DNA of 64,000 nt, taken from Candidatus Omnitrophota bacterium. Lineage in GTDB: Bacteria > Omnitrophota > Gorgyraeia > Zapsychrales > JANLHA01. Position numbers and translations under genes: made by a program. The stretch covers positions 1,626,662-1,690,661 of the forward strand of contig OY759724.1 in NCBI GenBank assembly GCA_963662715.1. The letters run 5' to 3'. Shown in pieces: positions 34,029-44,197 of this stretch. Under the pieces are notes generated by a model. That model was not told where the DNA came from and searched no databases. It saw only the letters and a list, made by a program, of their open reading frames with translations. The stretch's first letter is position 1. Every line of letters begins with the position of its first letter.

Positions 34029-35309
34029 TTGAATATTATGAAGTCTGAGAAAGAAATTGTCTTTATTGTTGTGATTGATTATGACCTTAAACGGGGCTGG
34101 CACGTGGACGATCTGGCGAAAGAAATGCAGGAACTGGTCGTGGCCTGCTATGGAGAAGTGATTGATACGCATATCTGCCGTCTTGAGAAACCCAGCGCGG
34201 CCTGCTTTCTGGGGCAAGGTAAAGTGCAGGAATTGGCCGTGCTGTGCTCTCAGCTTCGAGTCAATACTGTTGTTTTTAGTCATGATTTGAAAGGGAGTCA
34301 GCAGCGCAACCTGGAAGAGATATTAAAAGTTAAAACGATTGACCGCACACAGCTTATCCTGGACATTTTTGCCCGTCACGCCACAAGTCAGGAAGGGAAG
34401 ATGCAAGTTGAATTAGCCCAATTGGAATATTTGCTTCCCCGTTTGGTTGGGAAAGGCATTGCTCTTTCCAGGCTGGGTGGAGGTATCGGCACCTTGGGGC
34501 CTGGGGAAACGAAATTAGAAGTTGACCGGAGGCGCATCGGGCAAAAAATTGCTAAGCTGAAAAGAAGTTTGAAAGATGTCTCTTCGAACCGGGCGATTAA
34601 GAGAAAAAAAAGGCAGGAGCAAGCTGTCCCTTTGCTGTCGCTTGTCGGATATACGAACGCGGGTAAATCAACTTTGCTGAACAGGCTGACGGGAGCGGAA
34701 CAATTGACGCGGGACGGGCTTTTTACAACACTGGATTCTCTTGCCCGGCAGTGCGTCCTGCCAAACAGGCAGAAGATGGTTGTTTCGGATACCGTCGGTT
34801 TTATGCAGAATCTCCCGCATGACTTGATCGAATCTTTTAAGGCCACTTTGGAGGAAGTGATTTTTTCCGATATCCTTTTGCTGGTGCTGGATGTCAGTGA
34901 CCTGAATTTCAGGAACAGACACAATGCCGTTTTGGATGTATTAAAGGAGCTGGGAGCAGAGCAAAAATCGATTATAACGGTGTTAAATAAAATTGATCTT
35001 ATTCAAGACAGAACGTGGCTCAGTGACCTTAAGAGCGTGTGCCAGCATCCGGTTCCTGTTTCGGCTAAAACAGGAGAAAATATAGAAGAACTGCTGCTGA
35101 AGATTCAGGAGATGCTGTCCGCCCTGATCGTGGATGTTGAAGTGAGTCTGCCGATCAGCCGGATGGACCTTGTTAATCTTGCCTATTCGGAAGGGCAGGT
35201 CTATGCCGTGAAGTATTATAACGATACAATTTATCTCCGAGCTTCTCTTCCTACCAGAATTTCCGGAATATATTTAAAAAATCAGATATTCCCGGAGCGT
35301 CATAGTTAA
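34029..35309 (+). CDS. hflX: GTPase HflX
   Basis: 'VSLVGYTNAGKSTLLNRLTGA' is the G1 motif. 'DTVGF' is G3. 'LNKID' is G4. An HflX N-terminal domain is present. Confidence 0.9.
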   Translation: MNIMKSEKEIVFIVVIDYDLKRGWHVDDLAKEMQELVVACYGEVIDTHICRLEKPSAACFLGQGKVQELAVLCSQLRVNTVVFSHDLKGSQQRNLEEILKVKTIDRTQLILDIFARHATSQEGKMQVELAQLEYLLPRLVGKGIALSRLGGGIGTLGPGETKLEVDRRRIGQKIAKLKRSLKDVSSNRAIKRKKRQEQAVPLLSLVGYTNAGKSTLLNRLTGAEQLTRDGLFTTLDSLARQCVLPNRQKMVVSDTVGFMQNLPHDLIESFKATLEEVIFSDILLLVLDVSDLNFRNRHNAVLDVLKELGAEQKSIITVLNKIDLIQDRTWLSDLKSVCQHPVPVSAKTGENIEELLLKIQEMLSALIVDVEVSLPISRMDLVNLAYSEGQVYAVKYYNDTIYLRASLPTRISGIYLKNQIFPERHS

Positions 35310-35426
35310 TTTTAGATATTTGTTATGAATTTGGCCATGGTGTTAAGCCTTAAGTTTATGTATATGAAATGCTTGCAAACACAATCCTTGTGCGGTTAGA
35401 AAATCTAACTGTATTTGTTAGAATTT

Positions 35427-35460
35427 CTTGACACAGGCATTATTTTGTGCTAAATTTTTA
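35427..35460 (+). promoter_or_regulatory. Sigma-70-like promoter TTGACA-N17-TAAATT upstream of hspR, preceded by inverted repeat TCTAAC-N8-GTTAGA (35400-35419)
   Basis: 'cTTGACAcaggcattattttgtgcTAAATt' read directly. An inverted repeat lies immediately upstream. Confidence 0.45.
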
Positions 35461-35474
35461 GTGAGCATAAAAAG

Positions 35475-35762
35475 GTGACGAATATGGATGACATGTCTTT
35501 TGAAGATTTTGATGTCGAGATTAATCCTTTGGAGCCATTGTTTATTATCAGCGTCGTCAGTGAAATGGTGCATATCCCTATCTGGACATTGAGAAAGCTG
35601 GATGAAAAAGGGATCGTCTGTCCCCAAAGGATTGGCAAGAAAACCCGGTGCTATTCCAAGCAGCAAATTAAGAAGCTGAATTATATTCATTACTTGATTT
35701 TTGAAAAGGGCGTAAATATCAGCGGGATCAAAATTATTCTGGAAATAGAGGGGAATGGCTGA
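35475..35762 (+). CDS. hspR: MerR-family heat-shock regulator HspR-like
   Basis: MerR HTH 'FIISVVSEMVHIPIWTLRKLDEKGIVCPQRIGKKTRCYSKQQIKKL'. It lies directly upstream of hsp20-clpB. Confidence 0.75.
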   Translation: MTNMDDMSFEDFDVEINPLEPLFIISVVSEMVHIPIWTLRKLDEKGIVCPQRIGKKTRCYSKQQIKKLNYIHYLIFEKGVNISGIKIILEIEGNG

Positions 35763-35783
35763 AATTTTTTTGAGCAAAAAATA

Positions 35784-35804
35784 GCACTCAAGCATGCAGA
35801 GTGC
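35784..35804. promoter_or_regulatory. Inverted repeat GCACTC-N9-GAGTGC (with central GCATGC) between hspR and hsp20; candidate HAIR-like operator
   Basis: 'GCACTCaagcatgcaGAGTGC' read directly. 'TTGAGC' at 35770-35775 and 'ACTCAAG' at 35786-35792 resemble the HAIR half-sites CTTGAGT / ACTCAAG. Confidence 0.4.
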
Positions 35805-35846
35805 CAGTTAACAGGAAAAACTGTTAAGCAAAAAAGGAGGTTTAAC

Positions 35847-36302
35847 ATGACATTAATTAAATGGAGAAAACAACAGCCGGACGTATGGGATGATTTGTTT
35901 GCCTGGGGGCATCCTCTGTTGGGGTTGTCGCTTTTTCCTCCCGTCACGGAGAAAACAGAAAAAACAAAACCGGTCTATATCCCGTCTTTGGATGTTGTTG
36001 AAAAAAAGAATCAAATCATTGTTAAGGCGGATTTGCCGGGATTGCAGAAGGAAGACATCGAAGTTTTGTTAGACCGCAACAGGCTTACGATCCGCGGTGA
36101 AAGAAAAGCCGAACAGGAAGAGAAAGACGGGAATTGCCGCAGGGTTGAACGTTTTCATGGCCTGTTTGAGCGCAGCATACAACTGGGGTCGGATATTATC
36201 CTTTCTGACGTTAAGGCAAAGTATAAGAATGGAGAACTTGAATTAATTATACCGAAGAAAGAAATTCCGCAGGTAAAGACGATAAAAATTCAGGAGGGAT
36301 AA
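35847..36302 (+). CDS. Small heat shock protein, Hsp20/alpha-crystallin family
   Basis: 'VKADLPGLQKEDIEVLLDRNRLTIRGERK...RFHGLFERSIQL' is an alpha-crystallin domain. Confidence 0.9.
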   Translation: MTLIKWRKQQPDVWDDLFAWGHPLLGLSLFPPVTEKTEKTKPVYIPSLDVVEKKNQIIVKADLPGLQKEDIEVLLDRNRLTIRGERKAEQEEKDGNCRRVERFHGLFERSIQLGSDIILSDVKAKYKNGELELIIPKKEIPQVKTIKIQEG

Positions 36303-36404
36303 TAAAAATTGTCCCTGTAGCATATCCTGGCGCACCGGGCGGAAGGGAAGATGCGTGTCCTCACCGCCCGGGGAGCCCAAGCCAAGGAAGAGAGGGCGGG
36401 AAAA

Positions 36405-38984
36405 ATGTTGCCTTTAAATAAATTCACATTAAAGAGCCAGGAGGCTCTGCAGAAATCCCTTGAACTGGCCGAGGAGTTGCATCATCAGCAGATTGAGCCC
36501 GAACATTTCATCACAGCACTTCTGCATGATAAAGAAGGCGTGTTCCCCGCCATGCTGGAGCGTTTGAATCTTCCTCTGGCTTCCCTTGCGCAGAGCTGTG
36601 AACAGATGCTGGGAAACAAAGCTAAGGTTGAAGGGCAGGCTCCGTTCTTGTCCCATCAGCTGCATAAAATATTGACCCAGGCCCATAAGACCGCCTTGAA
36701 AATGAAAGATGATTATGCGTCCCAGGAGCATATTCTTCTGGCTTTGGTTCATGACGGGAACAATGCTTTGAGCCGGGAATTGCAGAAACATGGTCTCGGG
36801 GAAGAGGATGTCCTTCGTGTTCTGAAGGATATCCGGGGAGGTCAGCGCGTGAAAGATATGAATCCGGAAGATAAATATCAGGCTTTGGACCGTTATGGCC
36901 GGGATTTAACGGCTTTGGCGCAGGCGGGGAGCCTGGACCCGGTGATCGGGCGGGATACGGAAATCCGGCGTGTCATTCAGGTCCTGTCCCGCAGGACCAA
37001 GAACAATCCGGTTCTAATCGGAGAGCCCGGCGTGGGGAAGACAGCCATTGCCGAAGGTTTGGCTCAGAGAATTTTTTCCGGGGACGTTCCGGAGGGCTTA
37101 AAGAACAAGAAGGTCGTCACTCTCGATATGGGGGCGCTTATCGCCGGGGCGAAATACCGGGGAGAGTTTGAGGACCGTCTTAAAGCTGTTTTAAAAGAGA
37201 TTGAGACCCGTAACGGGGAAATCATTCTGTTCATTGATGAACTGCACACGATTGTCGGGACCGGGAAAGCCGAAGGGGCGATTGATGCTTCTAATTTGCT
37301 GAAGCCGGCTTTGGCCCGCGGGTCCTTGCGCTGTGTCGGGGCAACGACCCTGGACGAATACCGGAAATATATTGAAAAAGATGCCGCCTTGGAACGCCGT
37401 TTTCAGCCGGTTATCGTGAATGAACCCGGCGTGGAAGACACGATCGCCATTCTCAGAGGCCTTAAGGAAAGATATGAGGTCCATCACGGCGTCCGGATCC
37501 AGGACAGGGCACTTATCGCCGCTGCGACAATGTCTCAGCGGTATATTACCGACCGGTTCCTGCCGGACAAAGCCATTGATCTTATCGATGAGGCGGCTTC
37601 CCGTCTGCGTATTGAAATTGACAGCATGCCGCAGGAGCTGGATATCAATGAGCGGCGTATCCGGCAGCTGGAAATTGAAAAGCAGGCCCTGAAGAAGGAA
37701 AAAGATGATGCTTCCAAGAAACGGCTGGGTGATCTGGAGGCTGAACTGGAAGAGTTGAAGGAGCAGAATAAAAAGCTGCGTTTGCGCTGGGAGGCGGAGA
37801 AACAGTCGATTGATAGGATTCGCAATATTAAAGCGCAGATAGAAGATCAAAAAAGCGAGGAGGTCCGCGCAGAAAAAGAGGGGAATCTCGGCAAGGTTGC
37901 CGAAATACGTTACGGGATTCTCGTGAACCTGGAAAAGGAATTGCAGAAGGAGAACAATGTCCTTGCTGAATCTCAGAACAAAGGTTCTCTTCTAAAGGAG
38001 GAGGTCGATGACCAGGATATCGCTGAAATCGTGTCTCATTGGACCAAGATCCCTTTGTCCAAATTAATGGAAGGGGAGACAGAGAAATTGATTCATATCG
38101 AGGAAAGTCTTAAATCCCGCGTTGTCGGACAGGATGAAGCGATTGATCTGGTTTCCTCGGCTATAAGGCGTTCCAGGACGGGACTGAGCGACCCTAACCG
38201 TCCGATAGGCTCGTTTATTTTTATCGGGCCGACCGGAGTGGGGAAGACCGAACTGGCAAAGTCATTGGCGTGGTTTTTGTTCGATGATCCCGAGGCGCTG
38301 ATACGTATTGATATGAGTGAATATATGGAAAAGCACAGCGTGTCCCGACTGATCGGGGCTCCCCCGGGATATGTCGGGTATGATGAGGGCGGGCAGCTGA
38401 CAGAAGCCGTCCGGAGACGTCCTTATGCCGTTATTTTGTTTGACGAGATAGAAAAGGCCCATCGGGATGTGTTCAATGCTTTATTGCAGATCCTGGATGA
38501 CGGCCGGCTTACGGACGGACAGGGACGCGTCGTCAATTTTCGGAATACGATTATTATCATGACCTCCAATATCGGTTCTGATGTTATTGCCGATGTCGAT
38601 GACCGCAGGGAGATGGAACGCCGTATGGCAGAAGCCTTGAAGACTTGCTTCCGTCCGGAATTCTTAAACCGGGTGGATGAGAAAATCATATTTAACCGTT
38701 TAAGAAAGGATGATATCCGTAAGATTGTCGATATCCAGATCCGTATTCTTAAGGGCCGTTTGGGGGAAAAGGGGATAGGTCTGGATGTGGGTGCGGACGC
38801 TTTGGCTTGGTTAGGGGAAAAAGGTTATGACCCGGTTTTCGGGGCCAGGCCGTTGAAACGGGTTGTACAGAAGTACGTCCAGGACCCGATCGCCCTGATG
38901 ATACTCCAGGGAAAGATTAAGGAGCAGCAGACGGTTGAAGTGTGTGTGGATTCAGAAAAAGATAATCTTATTATAAAGAAATAA
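36405..38984 (+). CDS. clpB: Chaperone ClpB (AAA+ disaggregase)
   Basis: Two AAA+ modules: '[15 protein letters not shown]' and '[15 protein letters not shown]'. The coiled-coil M-domain is present. The ATG at 36405 follows the RBS GAGGGCGGG. The ORF-track start at 36351 is upstream. Confidence 0.92.
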   Translation: MLPLNKFTLKSQEALQKSLELAEELHHQQIEPEHFITALLHDKEGVFPAMLERLNLPLASLAQSCEQMLGNKAKVEGQAPFLSHQLHKILTQAHKTALKMKDDYASQEHILLALVHDGNNALSRELQKHGLGEEDVLRVLKDIRGGQRVKDMNPEDKYQALDRYGRDLTALAQAGSLDPVIGRDTEIRRVIQVLSRRTKNNPVLIGEPGVGKTAIAEGLAQRIFSGDVPEGLKNKKVVTLDMGALIAGAKYRGEFEDRLKAVLKEIETRNGEIILFIDELHTIVGTGKAEGAIDASNLLKPALARGSLRCVGATTLDEYRKYIEKDAALERRFQPVIVNEPGVEDTIAILRGLKERYEVHHGVRIQDRALIAAATMSQRYITDRFLPDKAIDLIDEAASRLRIEIDSMPQELDINERRIRQLEIEKQALKKEKDDASKKRLGDLEAELEELKEQNKKLRLRWEAEKQSIDRIRNIKAQIEDQKSEEVRAEKEGNLGKVAEIRYGILVNLEKELQKENNVLAESQNKGSLLKEEVDDQDIAEIVSHWTKIPLSKLMEGETEKLIHIEESLKSRVVGQDEAIDLVSSAIRRSRTGLSDPNRPIGSFIFIGPTGVGKTELAKSLAWFLFDDPEALIRIDMSEYMEKHSVSRLIGAPPGYVGYDEGGQLTEAVRRRPYAVILFDEIEKAHRDVFNALLQILDDGRLTDGQGRVVNFRNTIIIMTSNIGSDVIADVDDRREMERRMAEALKTCFRPEFLNRVDEKIIFNRLRKDDIRKIVDIQIRILKGRLGEKGIGLDVGADALAWLGEKGYDPVFGARPLKRVVQKYVQDPIALMILQGKIKEQQTVEVCVDSEKDNLIIKK

Positions 38985-39059
38985 GAAATATTAATAAAAT
39001 ATATAATATTGTTAAATTTAAGTAATCTGTTAAAATAGAAATACTTATCAGAAGGCTTG

Positions 39060-39180
39060 CTTTGAAAAAGGTGGAGACTTCGCTATGGCAGGCACTTCCG
39101 CAAGAGCGTGGTGAGCGGGCTTGGCGTAATACGGCGGGAAAGTGGCAGTCCGGGGCAGTGCCTGGTCGTCGGCACATGAT
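39060..39180 (+). ncRNA. GC-rich structured element in AT-rich intergenic region (candidate cis-regulatory leader or small RNA); class unassigned
   Basis: Long-range perfect 8-bp pairing CAGGCACT (39089-96) / AGTGCCTG (39156-63) encloses CCGC...GCGG and CGC-aaga-GCG hairpins and a GGCAGT direct repeat. It contrasts with the flanking AT-rich DNA. Confidence 0.25.
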
Positions 39181-39201
39181 TTAATTTGTCAATTTAGGAG
39201 C

Positions 39202-39867
39202 ATGATGGGAAATTTTATTTTTCTGCTTATCATAGGCCTTGTCGCATTTATTTTTATTAAAAAAGATGTCAATAAACCGTCAACGGCGAAAAGGTATATG
39301 AAAGCCATGGCGAAATTCCTGGGGTACAAGAACCCGGAAGGAGATAAGGATGCTTTGCCGAATAGAATTGAGTTTACCTACGAGGGGCATCCTTTTGTCT
39401 ACGAGCATATTGAAGAAAGTGTTTCCCGGGGGAAAGTTCTGCACCGGGGGTGTTTGAAAGCCAAAACTTCGTTAAATTTGACTATAAATTTTACTGAGCG
39501 CAGCCGGCAGAGTATCCGTGTGAATTTGGATACACTTCTGGATGCCTCGACCCCCTCGACCCCGGGACAGATCCCCCTGCCGAAGATTTTTGAGGACTTT
39601 GAACTTATTACGAATGACAGAATAAAAGCGATAGAATTATTCAGTGATAATCAGATGTTGAAGATGTTTCAGAAATTCAAGAACCGGGATTCTGTCGGGC
39701 ATCCTGTTATGTCCTTGGAGATTGTGGAAGGTTTTGTTGTCCTGCATTTTCATCCCCCGGGAGGGCTTAAACCCAGCTTGATGAACCTGCAATTGAATGT
39801 GACATCCATTGAAGAGTATATCCGCACGATTCTCCCGCTTGTTAAAAAACTGAACGATATGAATTAA
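39202..39867 (+). CDS. Hypothetical protein with N-terminal membrane anchor
   Basis: 'MMGNFIFLLIIGLVAFIFI' TM, then a soluble domain. RBS AGGAG 4 nt upstream. I recognise no family. Confidence 0.6.
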   Translation: MMGNFIFLLIIGLVAFIFIKKDVNKPSTAKRYMKAMAKFLGYKNPEGDKDALPNRIEFTYEGHPFVYEHIEESVSRGKVLHRGCLKAKTSLNLTINFTERSRQSIRVNLDTLLDASTPSTPGQIPLPKIFEDFELITNDRIKAIELFSDNQMLKMFQKFKNRDSVGHPVMSLEIVEGFVVLHFHPPGGLKPSLMNLQLNVTSIEEYIRTILPLVKKLNDMN

Positions 39868-39883
39868 TATTGACGGGGCGGTT

Positions 39884-40504
39884 ATGATATCCAAATTAAA
39901 GATATTTTTTAAAACATCTGTCATCGGCGGCCTGACGGTTATTCTGCCGGTTGTCATCCTTGTGGCCGTCTTCAGCTGGCTTTTTACCTTTATTACGGGC
40001 TTGATACAACCGTTAACGAAGCTGCTTGTTGCTCATTCTACCCTTAAGGAATTTATCGCGGATTTTTTGGTCTTGCTGATCATTGTCTTATTATGTTTTT
40101 TTGTGGGTGTTGTCGTCCGTACAGGATTTGGACGATTGGTCCATTCTCTTATTGAGGAGAAATTCTTTAAAATTGCGCCAGGATATAATCTGATCAAGGA
40201 AACGGTCCTGCAGCTTCTCGGCGGTCATAAGCGTTCTTTTTCCAAAGTGGCTCTTGTGAATATTTTCGGGACGGATTCTTTGATGACGGCTTTTATTACA
40301 GATGAACATCAAGACGGCAGTTATACCGTTTTTGTCCCTACTGGTCCTAACCCGACAAGCGGTCTGATTTATCATCTTCCGGCAAAAGATGTGACTTTGG
40401 TTAATGTGTCGGTGGAAGAAGCCATGCGTTCCATTATCAGTTGCGGAGCGGGATCCAATCTTTTGATAGATGAGTACTGCAAGTCCCGAAACAAGGTTTC
40501 ATGA
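39884..40504 (+). CDS. DUF502 family membrane protein
   Basis: Two N-terminal TM helices plus 'VFVPTGPNPTSGLIYHLPAKDV', typical of DUF502. Confidence 0.65.
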   Translation: MISKLKIFFKTSVIGGLTVILPVVILVAVFSWLFTFITGLIQPLTKLLVAHSTLKEFIADFLVLLIIVLLCFFVGVVVRTGFGRLVHSLIEEKFFKIAPGYNLIKETVLQLLGGHKRSFSKVALVNIFGTDSLMTAFITDEHQDGSYTVFVPTGPNPTSGLIYHLPAKDVTLVNVSVEEAMRSIISCGAGSNLLIDEYCKSRNKVS

Positions 40505-40578
40505 ATAGTCGCGGTGGTCCCTCTTTTTTCTGAGATAAATATCCTATATTCGGGGTTGTGAATAGCCGAAAAACGATA

Positions 40579-40606
40579 TTGACAAGGAAATTAATTTTGT
40601 TATAAT
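40579..40606 (+). promoter_or_regulatory. Consensus sigma-70 promoter TTGACA-N16-TATAAT for the hrcA-grpE-dnaK-dnaJ operon
   Basis: TTGACA at 40579-84 and TATAAT at 40601-06, read directly. Confidence 0.7.
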
Positions 40607-40612
40607 AGCGCT

Positions 40613-40639
40613 TTAGCAATCAAAGGCATTGAGTGCTAA
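40613..40639. promoter_or_regulatory. CIRCE element (HrcA operator) TTAGCAATC-N9-GAGTGCTAA
   Basis: Matches the consensus TTAGCACTC-N9-GAGTGCTAA with one mismatch. It lies immediately downstream of the -10 box and upstream of hrcA. Confidence 0.85.
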
Positions 40640-40690
40640 AATGTTGAATTTAAACAGTATCAAATAGTTACAATTATATGGGTGAAAACC

Positions 40691-41431
40691 ATGACAGCAA
40701 AAAATATTGACTATCAACTGCGCAAAGAAAGAGTTCTTGGGATTGTGGTGAATGAGTATGTTAAGACCATTACCCCGGTGAGTTCTTCTCTCATCGTGCA
40801 GGAGTATTTGCCGGACTTGAGTTCCGCAACGATAAGAAATATTTTGGCTGAATTGGAAGCTGAGGGGTATCTCACTCATCCGCATGTTTCGGCGGGCCGT
40901 ATTCCCACACAGGAAGGCTATCGTTATTATGTGGACAATCTTATGGCCGAAATAAAACTTTTGGAAGAGGAAAAGGCCAGGATCAGACAGGAATATGAGC
41001 GTGAAGTCAAAGATTTGGAACATTTACTGGAAAAGACTTCGGAAGTCCTTTCTGATGTTACGCAATATACAAGCATTGTGTCTGTCGACTGCTGGGAGGG
41101 GCGCCTTTTTTGCCGGGGTACGAAATATATCGTGACTTACCCGGAATATCAGGATATTCAGAAAATCAGGGATATTCTTATTATGCTGGAGGAAAAAGAA
41201 CGGATTTTGTCTATTCTTAACCAGGAATTGGAAAAAAAGGTGAAGATCCTGATCGGACAGGAGATCTCTTGTGAAATGATTTCCGATTCATGCTCCTTGG
41301 CCGTATCGGAATTTAAGACCTCTTTGGGGGCGCATGGGCGTATTGCTGTTCTGGGCCCCACCCGCATGAATTACGCCCGGGTCGTTTCTACGTTGAATTA
41401 TTTTAAAAGCGTCATTGAAGAAATTATTTAA
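40691..41431 (+). CDS. hrcA: Heat-inducible transcription repressor HrcA (short form)
   Basis: N-terminal wHTH 'RKERVLGIVVNEYVKTITPVSSSLIV...ATIRNILAELEAEGYLTHPHVSAGRIPT' and C-terminal 'AVLGPTRMNYARVVSTLNYF'. Only ~247 aa. Confidence 0.85.
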   Translation: MTAKNIDYQLRKERVLGIVVNEYVKTITPVSSSLIVQEYLPDLSSATIRNILAELEAEGYLTHPHVSAGRIPTQEGYRYYVDNLMAEIKLLEEEKARIRQEYEREVKDLEHLLEKTSEVLSDVTQYTSIVSVDCWEGRLFCRGTKYIVTYPEYQDIQKIRDILIMLEEKERILSILNQELEKKVKILIGQEISCEMISDSCSLAVSEFKTSLGAHGRIAVLGPTRMNYARVVSTLNYFKSVIEEII

Positions 41432-41452
41432 TATATTGGGATAAAAAGAGAT

Positions 41453-42130
41453 ATGAACGAAAAAAACCGCAAAACCACAGCATCAGAAAGTAAGCCGCAA
41501 GAGCAAGATGCGTCTCTGGAGAACGAAACTCTGCAAAATAATAAAGAAACAAATTCCGGGAGACCTCCGGAGGAAAAAGAAAACCTGCAGAATCAGGTTC
41601 AGGAGTATAAGGATAAATATATACGCCTTTGTGCCGAGTTTGACAATGTCCGCAAGCGTTATGAAAGAGAGAAGACGGAATATTTAAAATATGCTAACGA
41701 ACGCCTGCTGGTCGATTTCCTGTCCATCATGGATGATTTGGACCGTTCTGTTGCCGTAGCCCGCGCCCAGCATCAGGATTATGCTGCTTTCTTAAAGGGG
41801 ATTGAAATGGTTATGGCCAGAGTGAGAGACATCCTGAAGACTTATCAGGTTAAGCCGATTGAGGCTGTCGGTCAGAAATTTAATCCTCATTTTCATGAGA
41901 TCCTCATGCAGGTCGAGAGTGAAGATGTGGACGGGGTGAAAGTCATCGAGGAGTTTCAGAAAGGCTATTATATGGCTGACCGGGTGATCCGCACGGCCAA
42001 AGTCAAGGTCGCCGTGGAGAAATCTTCCCCGGGAGCTTCTTCAGACCCGGCGGCACAGGACACGTCTGTCGAAGAAAGTGATGATCCGGAAAATATTATT
42101 CATAAGGAAAATTCTCAAGAAAACAAATGA
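41453..42130 (+). CDS. grpE: Nucleotide exchange factor GrpE
   Basis: 'YIRLCAEFDNVRKRYEREK' and a C-terminal beta-domain 'GYYMADRVIRTAKVKV'. Confidence 0.9.
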   Translation: MNEKNRKTTASESKPQEQDASLENETLQNNKETNSGRPPEEKENLQNQVQEYKDKYIRLCAEFDNVRKRYEREKTEYLKYANERLLVDFLSIMDDLDRSVAVARAQHQDYAAFLKGIEMVMARVRDILKTYQVKPIEAVGQKFNPHFHEILMQVESEDVDGVKVIEEFQKGYYMADRVIRTAKVKVAVEKSSPGASSDPAAQDTSVEESDDPENIIHKENSQENK

Positions 42131-42157
42131 TTTATTTAAAGATGGAGGACAAATCAT

Positions 42158-44092
42158 ATGGCAAAAGCAATAGGTATTGATTTAGGTACATCTAACTCGG
42201 CCGCTGCTGTTATGGAAGGCGGCCGGCCGGTGATTATCCCTTCTGCGGAAGGAGCCGGAGTGGCTTCCGGGAAAGCCTTCCCTTCGTTTGTCGCGTTTAC
42301 AAAAGAAGGAGAACGTTTGGTCGGAGAGCCTGCCCGTCGGCAAGCTCCGATCAATTCCGAGGGAACGGTCTATGCGGCAAAACGGAAGATGGGCACGAGT
42401 CATAAATTTAAAGTGTGGGACAAGGAGTTTACGGCTCAACAGATCAGTGCGTTTATCCTGCAGAAAATTAAAGCCGACGCCGAAAAATATCTTGGGGAAA
42501 CGGTCTCGGAAGCCGTGATCACCGTCCCGGCATATTTTAACGATAATCAGCGCCAGGCGACGAAAGATGCCGGGGAAATTGCCGGACTTAAAGTTTTACG
42601 GATTATTAATGAGCCCACGGCGGCCTGTCTGGCTTACGGTCTGGACAAGGCCGGCAAGGAACAGAAGATCATGGTCTTTGACTTCGGCGGGGGGACCCTG
42701 GATGTCACGGTCCTGGAAATGGGCTGGGATGAGGAGAGCAAAGCCGCGACATTTGAAGTCCTCTCAACGAGCGGAGACAACAACCTCGGCGGAACGGATA
42801 TGGACAACCTTCTGATCGATTATATTACTGAGGAATTTAAAAAGGAGTCCGGGGTTGATCTGAAAAACGACAAGATGGCTTTTCAGCGCCTCAGGGAAGC
42901 CGCCGAAAAGGCCAAGGTGGAATTGTCCAGCACGATTTCGACAGACATCAATTTGCCTTTTATTACCGCGGATCAATCCGGGCCCAAGCATCTTAATATG
43001 ACCATAGAGCGGGCCAAATTGGAAAGTTTAATCAGCGGAATCGTTGACCGCTGCCGGGGCCCTATTCTTCAGGCGTTAAAAGACGCCAGCGGGAAACTGG
43101 GCGAGCAGGTGAAGATCGACCGGATTATTCTCGTGGGCGGGCCGACCCGTATGCCGATCGTACAGCAATTTGTCGAGAAGGAGGTCGGGCAGAAGATTGA
43201 ACGGGGTATCGATCCGATGGAATGTGTGGCCATGGGCGCGTCTATCCAGGCGGGTATCGTCAGAGGAGAGGCCAAGGAAGTGCTCTTGCTGGACGTCACT
43301 CCGCTGTCTTTGGGGATCGAAACTCTCGGCGGGGTCTGTACGAAGTTGATCGAAAGAAACACAACCATCCCGACGAAGAAGAGCCAGGTTTTTTCAACGG
43401 CGGAGGATAATCAGCCGGCTGTGACGATCCGGGTCCTGCAGGGGGAACGCCAGATGGCTAATGATAATACGGAATTAGGCCGTTTTGATTTGGTCGGAAT
43501 CCCTCCGGCTCCGCGGGGTGTCCCGCAGATTGAAGTGGCTTTTGATATTGATACCGACGGTATCGTTCACGTTTCGGCCAAGGATAAAGGGACCGGGAAA
43601 GAGCAGTCTATCCGGATTACCGCTCCGACAAAGTTATCCGATGATGATATTGACCGCATGGTTAAAGAAGCGGAAAAATATGCGGAAGACGATAAGAAGA
43701 AAAAAGAGGAAGTCGAGGTCGTTAACCAGGCGAACAGCTTTGTTTATTCCACGGAGAAATCCCTGAAGGATTATGGGGATAAAATTTCAGCCGGGGACAA
43801 GGACAACATTGAAAAAGAATTGAATAACCTCAAAGAGGCTGTTAAGAACAAAGATCTGGACAAGATTAAAGCCGGCATGGAATCACTGCAAAAAGTGAGC
43901 CACAAACTGGCTGAAGAAATATACAAATCCACAGCGTCTCAACAGGCGGCACAACAGGGAGCGGGGGGGGCTCAGGCTCAAGCGGAGCCGGAACAGCCGC
44001 AGGGGCCGACACCTTCTTCGGATAAAAAAGACACAGGTCCGAAAGAAGATATTATCGACGCTGATTTTAAAGCAGAGGATGATAAGAAATAG
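42158..44092 (+). CDS. dnaK: Chaperone DnaK (Hsp70)
   Basis: '[19 protein letters not shown]' and '[15 protein letters not shown]' are Hsp70 signatures. 'EEVD'-like acidic C-terminus. Confidence 0.95.
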   Translation: MAKAIGIDLGTSNSAAAVMEGGRPVIIPSAEGAGVASGKAFPSFVAFTKEGERLVGEPARRQAPINSEGTVYAAKRKMGTSHKFKVWDKEFTAQQISAFILQKIKADAEKYLGETVSEAVITVPAYFNDNQRQATKDAGEIAGLKVLRIINEPTAACLAYGLDKAGKEQKIMVFDFGGGTLDVTVLEMGWDEESKAATFEVLSTSGDNNLGGTDMDNLLIDYITEEFKKESGVDLKNDKMAFQRLREAAEKAKVELSSTISTDINLPFITADQSGPKHLNMTIERAKLESLISGIVDRCRGPILQALKDASGKLGEQVKIDRIILVGGPTRMPIVQQFVEKEVGQKIERGIDPMECVAMGASIQAGIVRGEAKEVLLLDVTPLSLGIETLGGVCTKLIERNTTIPTKKSQVFSTAEDNQPAVTIRVLQGERQMANDNTELGRFDLVGIPPAPRGVPQIEVAFDIDTDGIVHVSAKDKGTGKEQSIRITAPTKLSDDDIDRMVKEAEKYAEDDKKKKEEVEVVNQANSFVYSTEKSLKDYGDKISAGDKDNIEKELNNLKEAVKNKDLDKIKAGMESLQKVSHKLAEEIYKSTASQQAAQQGAGGAQAQAEPEQPQGPTPSSDKKDTGPKEDIIDADFKAEDDKK

Positions 44093-44197
44093 AAGATCAT
44101 CAGAAGGGGTTCTGCTGTTTAAATCCAGGCAAACGGTGAAAGTTTGGGAGAGCCAAGCGCCCATTTTAGGAATTTAATTTTTTAACTGATTATTCTT

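Noticed and set aside
39060-39180. Possible SRP (4.5S) RNA or cobalamin riboswitch
   Set aside because: No GGAAGGAAGCAGCC-type domain-IV motif or GNAR tetraloop context for SRP RNA was found. The B12 box (GCCACTG) is not present in the correct order on either strand. The element is kept only as an unclassified structured RNA candidate.
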